This document shows, piece by piece, positions 25,681-38,218 of a DNA stretch of 64,000 nucleotides. Source of the stretch: Hamiltosporidium tvaerminnensis FI-OER-3-3. Taxonomy: Eukaryota; Fungi; Microsporidia. Position 1 is the stretch's first letter. Every line of letters begins with the position of its first letter. The position numbers were made by a program, and so were the translations under genes. Under the pieces are notes generated by a model. It saw only the letters and a program-made list of their open reading frames with translations, had not been told where the DNA came from and did no database searches. The stretch covers positions 1,736,001-1,800,000 of the forward strand of contig CM061247.1 in NCBI GenBank assembly GCA_022605425.2. Direction: 5' to 3'.

Positions 25681-26226
25681 ATGTTACATTTTCTCTATTT
25701 TATATTTTCCACAATTTACTGTTTGGAGGATGATCATGGATTTGTTTTAAAAAGTATAGAAAGATTACAGAACAAAACAAATTTCAAAACTTTTTATGAA
25801 ATGTTTGGTGTTTCTGAAAACGCATCTTTTCGTTCAATAAGAAAAAGATACGCGAAAATGATGAGGAATGAAAACCCATTTCCGAATTTGAAAATGTCTA
25901 AATTTGAAGCCGATCATATTTTAACAGAAGGATTCAACATTTTGAAAACCAAAAGAATTTTTTACGACGAAATTCTCAATAATGCTATATTTAGTAAACC
26001 AATCAAGGAATCGAAAAGATTTACTATGATCTCTGGTATTATAATGGGAATTATATTTCTAATAATTTTAGATTTTTTTATTCTGATTCTGAAAGAAAAC
26101 ATGAAAAGTAACAGAAAATTAACAAAGAAGGAAAAAAGAATAGAGCGAATTTCGAATAAACCAGATTTTGCAGATCTATATTTATTGAAATCTTATAATA
26201 AAATCAGAAACTTTCTTAAAAAATAA
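25681..26226 (+). CDS. DnaJ-domain membrane protein (ER, Erj5-like), copy A
   Basis: Signal-peptide-like N-terminus from the ATG at 25681 (ACCCATAAAATT-ATG), a J-domain TFYEMFGVSENASFRSIRKRY...ENP with degenerate HPD, and a C-terminal TM helix. Confidence 0.8.
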   Translation: MLHFLYFIFSTIYCLEDDHGFVLKSIERLQNKTNFKTFYEMFGVSENASFRSIRKRYAKMMRNENPFPNLKMSKFEADHILTEGFNILKTKRIFYDEILNNAIFSKPIKESKRFTMISGIIMGIIFLIILDFFILILKENMKSNRKLTKKEKRIERISNKPDFADLYLLKSYNKIRNFLKK

Positions 26227-26299
26227 AAAATATTCTTTATAAAAAAATTTGCAAAAAAAACTTCAATTCGCCATTTTAAAAATATTTATTTCCTTTACT

Positions 26300-27079
26300 C
26301 TATCTATAATTTAATAAAAACACAAATATATAATCTGTTTGCTCATATATATCATTGTACATCATTTTGGTGTAATAAAAACTCATGATATATAAAATAA
26401 AGTAATCGATTGTGAAATCGAAATGAAAAATTCTCCAAATTGCAAAAATATAATTAAAAACGGGGAAAAATTTAAACCTAAAAACGATTTGGTAGAAGAT
26501 AATTGCAATCACAGTTGAAGCTAAATATCCTATTTTTAAAAATTCTTTATCCCCTGAAGATTGAAAATTTTGAAAAAAGTTAGGTATTTTTTGTAGTTTT
26601 TGTTTAAAAATGCAATAAATCATTTCTTGTTCCAAATTACTGAAATATTTAGATTCATATTCATATGTTATAGCCTCTATAAATAAATTAATTATGAAAT
26701 TCGATAAAAAATATATAACAGTCATTGCAAATATAGATGTCAATCGAATCAAATATTGATGCGGTATTAAATCATCATCAATTTTATATTCACAAAAACA
26801 CTGCTCACATTTTTTTATTTCGCGAAGATTTTTTCCTTTGAATCGCCACAATTTTAAACATGTTTTATGAACATATTTTATAGATCCTTTACATCCACAT
26901 GGTGATATAAGATCACATGTAGAATCTATAGGATTTCGATATAAATAGCATATTTTACATTTTACATCATTTTCAAATTTGGTTTTTAAAAATATTTTTT
27001 CACCGAGCGATTTAATGCTATTTTTATTGTATTTATCTTTTATGTAATTCAAACTATCTTCCATATCAGAAAGACTCAT
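26300..27079 (-). CDS. RING-CH (MARCH/Doa10-type) membrane E3 ubiquitin ligase, copy A
   Basis: CKIC...LISPCGCKGSIKYVHKTCLKLW...CEQC RING-variant domain followed by TM segments. Confidence 0.9.
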   Translation of the reverse strand: MSLSDMEDSLNYIKDKYNKNSIKSLGEKIFLKTKFENDVKCKICYLYRNPIDSTCDLISPCGCKGSIKYVHKTCLKLWRFKGKNLREIKKCEQCFCEYKIDDDLIPHQYLIRLTSIFAMTVIYFLSNFIINLFIEAITYEYESKYFSNLEQEMIYCIFKQKLQKIPNFFQNFQSSGDKEFLKIGYLASTVIAIIFYQIVFRFKFFPVFNYIFAIWRIFHFDFTIDYFILYIMSFYYTKMMYNDIYEQTDYIFVFLLNYR

Positions 27080-28074
27080 ATTTTTCTTACTTAAATAAAA
27101 AATATTGGTATTTTTTATAACAAATAATATCCTTCGTAAGATTACATATAATCTTTGACTATTAATTGGTTATTTTTTGATAGCAATTTCCCTCGATTGA
27201 ATAGCTCAAATTGAAATGTTTCTTCGGAAATAGAATAACTAAAAACTTATATGTTATAAAAAAATGGAGTACAAATCATAATCAAATTTATAGAAGAGAT
27301 TGCTCTATCAATAGAACTTTGAATTTAAGTAACACATTAAATAATTTAGTTGGAAATATAGAATAGACTTAAAATTATAGAATGAAAATCAATATAGGGA
27401 AACTTTATGATATTTTACAGCAATTTATTTTAAAAGAAGAGACACAAATAATAGAATCCTACTTATTTAGAAATTATTGTAATATCAATGAAAAATATAC
27501 GTTTCAACAAATATAATCTTCTATAACAGTAAAAAAACAATGTCAAGTTGAGAAAATTCCAACAAGCATTTCAAAGAAATCTTTTTTCTTTATTTAAGAG
27601 TTGCATTGTTTTATTGGAAAAATCTAAGATTTAGAGAGAATCAGTTCAATGTAACTCAAATGTTTTTAGGTGTTCGTATTTATATAATTCACCTAAAATT
27701 GAATTTAAATAATATATGAAATTATATCTAGCTTATAAAGCATTTATTTCACATGTATAGTCAAAATAAAATATATATTTCGTGATATTTGATTAAATCA
27801 TTTATTCCGGAAATTTTAATGAACTCAGTAAAAGTAGAATATGTATGAGAAAAACTTCTTTAACACAAATATAAATCGTCACTATTTGTATTTTAAATAT
27901 CGACCGTAAAACATAAACCTTAAATTAGATACATTTATTTGGCTCAAAAAATTCAGAAATATACAATTAAGCATAAAATCAAAAAATATCCGAAGAAACT
28001 CAAAATTTCTAAATGAAACACAACAAATGATTAGCACTTAAAGTAAATAAATAAAAAACTCAGAATTACTCAAG

Positions 28075-29041
28075 GTGGAAGGACGATAACTATATAAAAA
28101 ACTTTCTGCTTGAAGAGGAGTATGTAAAACTGGTGTGAAATCATTGTTTGTATTTTAAGTGGGAATAAAACTACACTACATCATTGGTTTGTTATGGGAT
28201 TTATACGAAGAGGGAGGAGGTCTATGGAATGGCGAAATTCTTTCTATAAATTATAATATAGTTTTTTATGCGACTATATCGAAGACCGCCGCTAAAATTA
28301 TTAGTAATCGCAATCTAAAAGTATGGAAATCTAGCCTTGTCCATTCGGATTAGAAGATTTGACGCTTGGAGATATATAAAAATAATTCAACTGGGAAGCT
28401 AAGTAGCAAGCTATACCTGTTGGTACGTCATTGCACTGTCTAGGCGAACGGACTCTATGTTACTTTTTAAATATATTTTAGAAAAAATTTATTTTGTTTG
28501 AAAGATGAAGAGTAAGCAGTAATTTTGCATAGATTTGGGAGGTGCCCAAGGTGGGCTTCGACATACGCTCACACTTCATGCAAAAGACATTAACGAACTC
28601 CGGGCAACCGGTCACCATTCATTCTGGTTCTTAACACTTTTTAGATGAAATCTTTGGAATGTAAGATTCGTAGGGGTACCAATGAAATTGCGTGATAGCA
28701 GCTATTTATGTTACCCCTACCATGCTGGAAGCAGAATTAGCTTTGAGCATTCTCTGCTTCTCGCAAGAGACGACCAAAAGAGACTGTTCCTCTCGATTGG
28801 AGTTGGGCGTAGAGCTAACAACCTAACTTTAAATCACCTTTTAACGAAACCCAAAAAAGTAGACAAACCCACTGGAAAAAGACCCTGGACAGTATTACTG
28901 AGGGCGGCTAAGGCTCTTGCAGAACTGTAGTTCCGAGCTGATGATGTGTTATTTATGTTAAACCTAAAATGGCGTAATGTCATGAAAACAAATATATTAC
29001 TTGCCGAAGCTGTAAAAATGGTGTGATATTTTAAAATAAAG
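28075..29041 (+). mobile_element. ~730-bp retroposon, copy 5, interrupted by a nested SINE
   Basis: Collinear with the family apart from the insertion at 28714-28947. Confidence 0.88.
28714..28947 (+). mobile_element. ~230-bp bipartite RTE-type SINE, copy 2 (nested)
   Basis: TSD GYTATTTATGTTA at 28701-28713 and 28948-28960. Ends CTGTAG...GCTGATGATG and is homologous to 2143-2375. Confidence 0.85.
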
Positions 29042-29485
29042 CAAATTTCACCTTTTTTATATCAAGATATTTCCAATTTTCCAAATTATTTTATTATAGA
29101 TTAAAAATCGCATGTTTTGAAATATAACACAGACTAAACAATCCTACACTACGAGTCTACGTATTTATATCTACCTAAAATAAAAAAAACCGCTGACCAA
29201 ATTCAATGACATGCATTTATGACTAAACGCAAGACAAAGTACGATAACAATGAATGGTAAAAATTAGAATCTTGCAGAAAATCTATAAAGATAAGAAGAT
29301 TTTGCCGAGTTAATAATTGGATATATTGAACACATGATTCATAAAGAGTAGTGATGACTTGAATGCGAATTTTTAGATGCTATCACGCTCTTGGATACAA
29401 TATATCATCTTATTGAATTTAATTTATCCGACTCCGACGATGGCTAATTTGATCCTGAAATTTATTAATCCATGATATCGAAAAT

Positions 29486-29705
29486 GTCGCCAATGGTCTA
29501 GCGTGAGGATATCAGAAATTAGCTCCGAAGGGGTGGGCTCGATCCCGGTTGGTGCACTCTTTATCTTTCCTTCGGAAAGTTTGCGTGAAGCTGACAACCT
29601 GACCATCAAAAGAAAATTGTGTTTGGCCCCTAAAACTTTGCTAAGCTATGATTTATCGTTGGATTGCGTTTCACCCGTAGGGAAGAAGCGAGTTATTAAA
29701 TAAAT
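29486..29705 (+). mobile_element. tRNA-derived SINE
   Basis: tRNA-like head with an A-box (TGGTCTAGCGTGAGG) and B-box (GGCTCGATCCC) but an imperfect cloverleaf, then a ~150-bp body ending TTATTAAATAAA like the RLE LINE. 14-bp TSD with two mismatches at 29472-29485 and 29706-29719. Confidence 0.7.
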
Positions 29706-30279
29706 ATAATATCAAAAATAAAAGAAGACATAACAAACGAGTCAAAAAACTGATGTCCAAGAAAGATTAAGAAAATATTTTAAAGAATGTTTTCATGTCT
29801 AGATTATGGTTATGTAGAGAACTTTTAAGCCATGGTGTCAAAATTATTTGCAGATATGAAAGTAAAACATAGAGATGGTTTCTAAGTTAAATCCTCTTCT
29901 TCCTTGATTGCAACAAGCTTTTCATCAAAGAAGACACTGATCTGTAGTGCAAAAGAGTACCATATTTATAGTTAAAAAATTTGAAATCAAACCGAAGAAA
30001 CTGAGTAGGAATATAAAAAATGTAAACAAAATACACGCATATTTCTAGATTCTGCTCCTTGGAATATTTAGAAGTCTAATGGATAAAAATGAAAACAAAC
30101 ACAAATTAGTTTGAAGTGGGAACATAGAAGCCTCTATTATGGATGTAAATACCATGCCACTGTAAATTAAACGCGTGAATTTTATTCCATGCAATATTTC
30201 CGATAAAATACTAGTTATTTATACCTTTACTTGTTCAAAATATTTTTTTCTTAAGAAGATTATTCGTGTGTGTAAGATC

Positions 30280-30760
30280 GTTTATATGATTCAGTAATGT
30301 CCTGACGACGACTCATCTTGAAATGTTTAATTGATTTAAGAAATATAAGACTCCAATAAGGGTGCTCCAATAAAGATATGTCTCTTTCTATTTGTTCATA
30401 AATCTTATACAACCAATAATGGAGTAGAAGTAACATAAAACAATTAAAAAGATTCTATTGGTTCAAAAAAATATTTGAATAAAATTCGTAAATTTCTTCT
30501 TAATTAAATTATTTACCAAGAATAACATAATAAATTTGTCTTGTAACATTTTCAAACGTTTTCATTTTTTAAAAAAATTTAAATTAATTTGTTCCGATTT
30601 CTTTTCTACGAATTTACAGTTGCATAAAAAATTTTATGATACAAATGATTTTTTTTGCCGTTCTTGCGTGCAATTTATTTATATTCTCAATAATTGTTGC
30701 ATAACACAAATATAACTTTAAAAGCTTCATTAACTTTATATTTGATTAAATCAAAAGATT
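30280..30760 (-). repeat. Diverged inverted copy of the non-coding region upstream of the J-domain gene (about 25100-25600)
   Basis: For example TTCTATTGGTTCAAAAAAATATT and GTGCAATTTATTTATATTCTCAATAAT match the reverse complement near 25390-25412 and 25150-25185. Confidence 0.65.
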
Positions 30761-31913
30761 TTTAATAAAAATGACTAAGAATTTATAAAGTAAATAAATT
30801 AAATAATAGAGCATATAGTAAATGAAAAGTGTTTTCAGACAAAGAATATTCTTAATTGAAATAAATTTCTTTGAGAAAAAAAGACAGAATTGCATAAACA
30901 TAGGTGGAAAGTGAACAGGCTAAACATATAATGTCGAGCTGAAGCTCTGAAAAATTGAAAGTAAATAAAATGAAGGAGGAAAATAGACTAATTAAAAAAT
31001 ATCCTAAATTTTCTTGAGAAATTGCTTGAGAGCGATAAATAATCCAAAAATAAAAGACTAAAAAATATATGAAAAACAGACTAGGTGAGAGTATAGAATT
31101 TTTATTGAAGAAGTTAAGAAACCATGGCACAGATAGTTAAGATAAGTATAATTTTCGGGATTTTTTTTCTTAGGAATGTAAAGAAAGTTCGTATCTACGA
31201 GCTTAACGTCTAGTCCATATGAAATAGAATACTATAATACTACTATGTAATGATAGTTGTATAAGAAAACGACGAGAACACAAAATAGTCATTTACCATA
31301 CTTCGAGCTAATATAATTTATATATTGGAACCGTTAGATTTTTAAAAAGAAATATATTAATTTCCAAAGAATAGCTGAAACTTTACGGTTGAAAAATACT
31401 AGTTGATCTGAACTTGTGCGATAAAAGAGTTTATCCAGGTTGAATGCTGAGAATTAACCGAAGCAAAAAAGGGAGTTAAAAAAGAATATAGTGCAAATTT
31501 ATATAACAAAATATACACTAAATATTAAATCGAATATAATTCAAAGCAAATATATGGAACCTGTTGGTGCTGATTATTCTAATAGATGAATAGCCAAAAG
31601 AAATATCAAGTCACATTTATTAGTTATTTGCTGTTATTATACCCACGCAAACTTCTGTTTCGGAATTGGAATATAAAAAGCTAAACATTGTGAATGTTCC
31701 GGTAAGCTGATAGCATAGTAAGATTCAATATAAAAGAAATGCTCAAGAAATACTCATACTACTTAAAGTTAAGTTATTCAATTTGAACTTTCTTTTCAAA
31801 ATAAATATAAAATTAAGTCGTTAGACTAAAGAAATTATTGGTTCTGAATACGTAAAAAAAATTATTTTACAGAATATGTAACGATATAATCATAAATTAT
31901 AGACCAGAAATAT

Positions 31914-32137
31914 CTTACTTAATTATTCCATTCTTATTTTACCTCTCAGTATCGAAGATAAACAAATGGAAAACTTCAATTTGTTGCTTCAAATTAGTTG
32001 AAAGTCAGGATCATAGGGTTCGGCCAAAAGATACACTGGGGTTAATATTCCACCAAAACAGCAACAATGATTTCACATCAATTATACACCCTTTTTGCAT
32101 AAAAATTAGTTTTTAATGTTGTCATCCTCTCTCTAAC
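31914..32137 (-). mobile_element. ~220-bp SINE (shared head, RTE tail), copy 2
   Basis: Reverse complement reads GTTAGAGAGAGGATGACAACATTAAAAAC...TTTGTTTATCTTCGATACTGAGAGGTAAAATAAGAATGGAATAATTAAGTAAG. Confidence 0.7.
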
Positions 32138-32926
32138 AAAAAAAAATATGTAACATAATTTATTGTTAATTAGATCAATTTGGCTGAGATTAATCCATAA
32201 TGACTTGTCGAAACCGTAGGCTAAATCTATACTATAAATCATCAAAAATTACTTCAGGTGCATATCTTTTAATTGTGATCTGGAATAATATTTTATAGTT
32301 CTTTTTACAGGATATTTTTTAGAAAAAGATAGGTAGGGCCGAAACAAAATTTTACTTGAGTAAATTTTTGAACATTTTGGAATAGCTTGGCTGGAAGACT
32401 TATATAGATTCCAGATTTTATGAATATTTTAATTTATAAATTTTGATACGATACATTCTTATTTTATTGAACATTTGATGGAACTTTTAATGTTTGATAA
32501 CAATCAATGATAAACATCCACTAAATACTTGTCAGTATTTTGATATAAAATCCAATGAGTTATTGGTTTTTCAGACTTTCTATACAAGCTAATGTGGTCC
32601 GCGGCATAAGATTTTAAAGATCTCTGATTTAACTTATAAAAAAAATATTTTCAAATAAATATCAAATTTTAAATTTCATTATGAATGATTGTTAAGTACG
32701 AAGATTTTTAGCAATTTTATTTTACAAAAAATCTAAAATTAAAAGCCTTTTATATAGCCCGCTCTTAATTTTCGAGACTATTTTCAATAAAAAAATACCA
32801 ATTATAAATTTATTTAAACTTTAACCTATCTAAACATGATAGAAGAATTACTTTTGAAACCAAGTTGTAAAAATTGTTTTTGCAAGAAATTTAGTGATAA
32901 AATTTAAATAACAAATTTTTAATCAT

Positions 32927-33496
32927 TTAACTGTAATTTTCTTTTTGATCCTTTAAAATATCTGAATGATGATGAATCATGTGATATTTTAATCCGTTTG
33001 GATTTTTATAACTTTTATAACAACCTTTTACTTTACACGGATATGGTTTTTTGATTCCAAAATATGGTTTCTCATTTAATAAATTTAACTCTGGTATTTG
33101 AAAGTTGGAAAAATCGTAATTCAAAAGTTGAAAGTTCTCGTAATTATTTATAGAAGACTGATTTTCAGCTTCTATCTCCGTTTGATGGTATTTTTGAACG
33201 TGCATTACATACGTATCGAAATCAGTAAATATATTATTACAGCAAATAAAGTCTTTTAAAAAATTACTTTTGCATCTCTGCATGAATTCTGGATAAGTTT
33301 CTAATTGTCTTTCTTCTTTAAAATATACATTTTTTTCTATATTTAATAATAATTCTATCATTTCGATATTCTTTAGATCGATTTTGGTTCGATCTGCTCT
33401 TCTAAGTGCTTCTTTGGTTTTCCAGTACATTTTTCTTCTATTTTGAATATTCTCTTGATTGTTTTCAAGACATTCATTAATGTTATAAAGTTTCAT
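32927..33496 (-). CDS. Sfp1-like C2H2 zinc-finger transcription factor, copy A
   Basis: FICC...H...H and KPYPCKVKGCYKSYKNPNGLKYHMIHHH match the Sfp1/JAZF1-type fingers. Confidence 0.85.
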   Translation of the reverse strand: MKLYNINECLENNQENIQNRRKMYWKTKEALRRADRTKIDLKNIEMIELLLNIEKNVYFKEERQLETYPEFMQRCKSNFLKDFICCNNIFTDFDTYVMHVQKYHQTEIEAENQSSINNYENFQLLNYDFSNFQIPELNLLNEKPYFGIKKPYPCKVKGCYKSYKNPNGLKYHMIHHHSDILKDQKENYS

Positions 33497-35224
33497 GGTA
33501 TTTGCCTAATTTTCAGTTATAAAGAACATTCTCTAATAGGTAAATTATTCTTTGATTAAATGCGAAAGCCATTAGTTTTCCTTTTTTTGCTATTTAATGA
33601 TTGCTTTGATGTAATAAATTACTAAAAAAGTTTTTTTAATTTATCATTTGATCTTTTAAATATATCAGTCCTATATCATTTTGACATTTCTTTCAAATTA
33701 AAAATATTTTTTTAATATATTCAAATTAGATAAATTGTATTGTTTTTTTATTTCTTAGAATACTTCGTTTGATATATTCTTTTAATTTTCAATTTTATCG
33801 TTGAAATCCTTTAAAATTAAACCTTTAACCTAATTTTGATTATGTTATATAATTTTTTCTCATAATTGACTAAAAAATATTGAATCTAATACTTAAAATG
33901 TATTTAATCATGTTTGCATATTATTTCTTATTTTTATAAAGAAACTCCTCAATTTATAGCGTATAAATGAAAAATACAACAAAAAAAGTTATTAAATATT
34001 GGTTGTTTTTTATTCTGACTTTGGAAATTTATCTACAAGTATTAAAATTCGCCGACTCCATTTATTGTATTTAGGATATTTCTTTAATTCATGTAAATAA
34101 ATATTCGATGACGTAAGGTTTTGCAAAAATATTATTTGTATCTTAAACGGAAGAAAATTGATTAATGCCTATTTTTTGATGTTTACTGCTTTATTGATTC
34201 TCCTTTTGTTGTTTTTATTTTTCTATTTTTCTGATTTGACTATTTTTTTATATTTACATAGTCATGATTTTCTATTTTCTTCCATTCACAATATTAGGAT
34301 TGATAATTTTTGTGTTTATTTTAAAAATATCTTCCGGGCTTGAATAATATCTCTAAAGTAATATTAGGTTTCATTTATCTTCCTCTTTCTGTGGTAATCT
34401 AGATACTCTTCCCACATAATCAATATACTTTATCTTGACTATATATTATTTATTTGATTGGTAAATGATTTCTATTGTGACAACCAATTCAAACCAATTC
34501 TTAGTTCGATTCAAACTTCAGGCGCAATTTTATATTGTTTGAAGTATATTAAAATTATTGAAATTTATAAAAAATCGATTAGGGAGTTATTTCAATACTC
34601 AATTTTAAAATTAGGGTTACGTTTCTAATATATTTACTCCGTACGTTTCCATTTAAACATGATAAAGCGACGGCATATAAATTAAACATTAAAGAGACTT
34701 ATTCTAACCGAATATTTTTTAAAAAAATAATCCGAGTTTATTATTCTTAATTCAGATATATTGTTTTTATTCTTAGCTTAATTTTTAATTTTATTTCGTT
34801 AAGATTATTTTGCGGAGATTCTTAAACAGAGCGATGGGCTTCTAATTAGCTTTGTACAATTCATTGGTTTATATTTAGTTGAAGAAGTAGTAGATGCATA
34901 TTGCACAAAAATAATTTCTCAATCTCCTATAGTCATATTTGAGCATTTTTTAAAATAAATTCGCCAAATGACCACCATTTATCAAGATGTTGAAGATAAT
35001 GTTATTTACAAAAATAAATTTGTTTCTAGATGTAATAAAAATCAGGTTCGTCGCGCAATTAAATCTTGGTTTTTTAGTATCTGGGATAATCACTTACACC
35101 ATTACCCTCGTTTTTTTAGTTATATTCGCATTCCTAGATATTTTTTCTTTATATATTATTCATGAGTGAAATCTGTTGAACTTCTATCTATTTTTTTTTG
35201 CTTTTGATTATATCTTTTTTTAAC

Positions 35225-36045
35225 AAAATCGTTGGGTGTGCAAAACGGGTGTGAGATCATTTTTTGATTTAAAAACTGCAAATTTTCTAATTGAAATTTC
35301 TCTATTTCTACTCAGACAGCCAGAGGAGCAGCAGACCTTCCCATTTTGCCACTCAAAATCGCACAGGTCTGTCCCGGGTTCTGATATAGGTGGATAAACA
35401 TGTCACCTACATTATATGTGTTATTCCAGATATATTAAGTTACCAAATATTCTGCTTTAAATTTTAGTTAATTTTTTGATCTACGAAATGGCGAAAGATC
35501 TTCTATAAATTTATTTTGTAGTTTTTTTATATGTAACTACATCGCAGACTGCAGTTGAAAGTGTAAATAATTTATGTAAAAACATGGAAAGAAAGCCTTA
35601 CTCACAGAATCAAAAGACTTGGTACCTGGTAAATACAAAAACAAACCATCTAAACCGGAAAAGCTAAGTAGCAGGTTGTACTAATTGGTATGACTTCGAG
35701 CTTCTAGGTAAACCCTATGTAAGTCGCTGAGATATATTTTATATAGAAGCTTATTGAGTTCGGAAAGTGTAAAGTAAGAGTGATTAATGCATAATCTTGG
35801 GGAGCCTAGGGTAGGTTTCAACCTATGATTACTCCAAGCTACAGACACTAACAAGCACGGGGAAACCGTCTCGCTTAATAATTAGATTCTATTCACCTTA
35901 TAGATGAAAGGCATTGGGAAATAGGTATGGTGAGGGTACCTTTGGAGTATTTAGGGACAGTTATTATATTTTAAGCTAAAACCGCGGTAAAGTCATTAAA
36001 AAAATGTAACACGTGCCACTGTTTTTAAAAGATAAATATTTTTTT
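35225..36045 (+). mobile_element. ~730-bp retroposon, old copy 6, with a ~200-bp foreign segment
   Basis: Head GGTGTGAGATCATT, then unrelated sequence at about 35270-35480, then collinear body (AAGCTAAGTAGCAGG, GAAAGTGTAAAGTAAG, AGATGAAAGG). Confidence 0.8.
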
Positions 36046-37819
36046 AAAAAAATCAATTTCTTTATATTGCTAATCTATTATTAAATCTAGCTAATAATTC
36101 ATTGGTTTTTTGCTGTTATCTCAGACTTCAAAACACCTAGTTCATAAATTTTTTAATAGGTGAGATTTTTTTTAGTTAAAATTATATTCAATCCATTTTA
36201 TAACAATATTCTGAAACATCCATTTGATAATGTATAAAACTAAAAATTTAGCCAATGCAAATTTACTAAGCAAAGTTTTTTTTATAGCTCGTTCTATCTT
36301 TTCGTATGTTTATTAAATATCTATTACATTAATAAGTTAATAAATACAGCAAAAAATATTATTAATTATGATTTTAGTTGAATGACTCTTAGAAAATTGA
36401 TATTACTTTCGATTTTTATTGAACGTAATTTTCATGGAAATATATATTTTGAGAAAGCCTAAAATCTTTAGTATTTCTATAAAAAGGTTTTATAAAGACT
36501 TGAAAGTCTTACAATTGCCATTGTTTTCAATTATGACAAATAGATCGGCAGATGTATTATAATTCCGTTATTTTTAAATACGGTTGGGATTTTAATATAT
36601 CATTCTGAACGAGTAGATTGTCTTTCATTCAAACCTTATTCTTAAACAGAATAGGGAGTGTATAATTAATAATCAAACGCCCCTCTTCAAATTTTAAGTT
36701 TTTAAACCTGGGAACCAGAATAGGAAATAATGACACAGAATTTTTATTGTAATATACGAAAACGTTTTTTAATATCAAAAGATTTTTTAAGTTCATAAAT
36801 TGTTAGCAGTTTACTTAAATAATGTTTCATTCTAAAACTCCCCCCTATATTATGGTCGACTAAAAGTAAAATCAAGCAGATCCTCACAACTGCTGAAGCA
36901 TATGAGTAAGAAAAATAAATATTTATACTTTTTTTTAGAGGAAAAATGAAGAATTTTAACAGGAAAAAAACATTTTAAAGTGAAAAGTTATGAACAGGAT
37001 TAAATAATGAAAAGAAAGAAAAATTTAAAAAAAATGTAAACTTGAAAAAATTAAATTACGAAAAAGTAAAAAAAAATGTACATCAAATAAAATTAAATTA
37101 TTTTCTCTTTTTATATCATTATTCTGGTGTTTTTAAATCACCTTTAAAAATGATATGTTGTTTATATTTGAATTTTAAAGTTGTGAATTTTAAAAAGGTA
37201 AAAAACAAGACCTGTACTAGTAAAATAAACTTTAATTAAAAGGCTTTAACGATATTTATATCCTTTATGCCTTTGCATCTATGTTCATACATCAATATAT
37301 GAAATATAATTAGGGTTGAACTCTAAAGAAAGATGGGGAGGAACACACATAATATAATATAATAACAATTAAAAATCAAGTAATTTTTTAGTAAAAAAAT
37401 ATACCTAAAACGTGCGTAACGAATAAGATATAAATTTCAAAAATAAATCATTTTAAATACACATATTTGTTAAAGCCAGAGCAAATAATGGAATCTTCTC
37501 ACTGCCTTTTCTATATTTTAAAAAAGAGGAAAATAAAATATGAAGTATATGCAACAAAGAGCTTTATAAAAAGTAACATTTGTTAATTTGTTTTCATGGA
37601 ATAAACGCAGTTTTGGTTAGAATACACAAATCCACTTCTGTTACATCAACGGGGTCACCTAAGATATCTACATCTCGAAGCTTTTCATCCAAAAGATGTG
37701 TACGCATATTTAACGGTGAGACAGTTGTCGTTGCGTGAACGCATATAGGTATCTTAAGCACCCATACAAAAAGCTGTTTTTCCACTGAATACACTTTATG
37801 AACCAAATAAACATTTAGC

Positions 37820-38218
37820 CAAGATTTATCTCTGCAGCATATATGTAATTCATCATGACCTTGGAATGTAATAGAAACATTTACAACCTGCTACTTAGCA
37901 TTACTGGATTGGATGCGTATGATTTTCTGCATATCACAGGCGCTAGCCTTCATACCCGATTAGGCAAAGCCCAGTTTCCATACTTTTACAGAGAAATTTA
38001 CTTAAAACTTAAGCTGAAGTTTTCAATCTAGTTAATAAAAAACAATCACCTATTTGTTATACAAATCTTTTTAATGAGACCTTATTCTTTTTGTACCAAT
38101 TCACAAAGAAGCAAACGAAAATGTAATGTGCTTTTTATCTAACTCTAAATCAAAAAAAATTACACAATTCTTAATCATTCCGAACCCATAGTTTTTTATG
38201 TGTTTATGATCCCTCTAC
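37820..38218 (-). mobile_element. ~730-bp retroposon, partial old copy 7 (5' half)
   Basis: Reverse complement starts GTAGAGGGATCATAAACACATAAAAAACT and contains TAGCGCCTG and GCTAAGTAGCAGGTT. Confidence 0.75.

Noticed and set aside
29486-29558. Functional tRNA gene
   Set aside because: Acceptor and anticodon stems are mismatched, and it is followed by a SINE-like body and flanked by a TSD.
29760-30240. Possible Tc1/IS630-type DDE transposase relic (IFLDSAPW-like word at about 30040)
   Set aside because: Only one motif, no continuous frame and no TIRs found.
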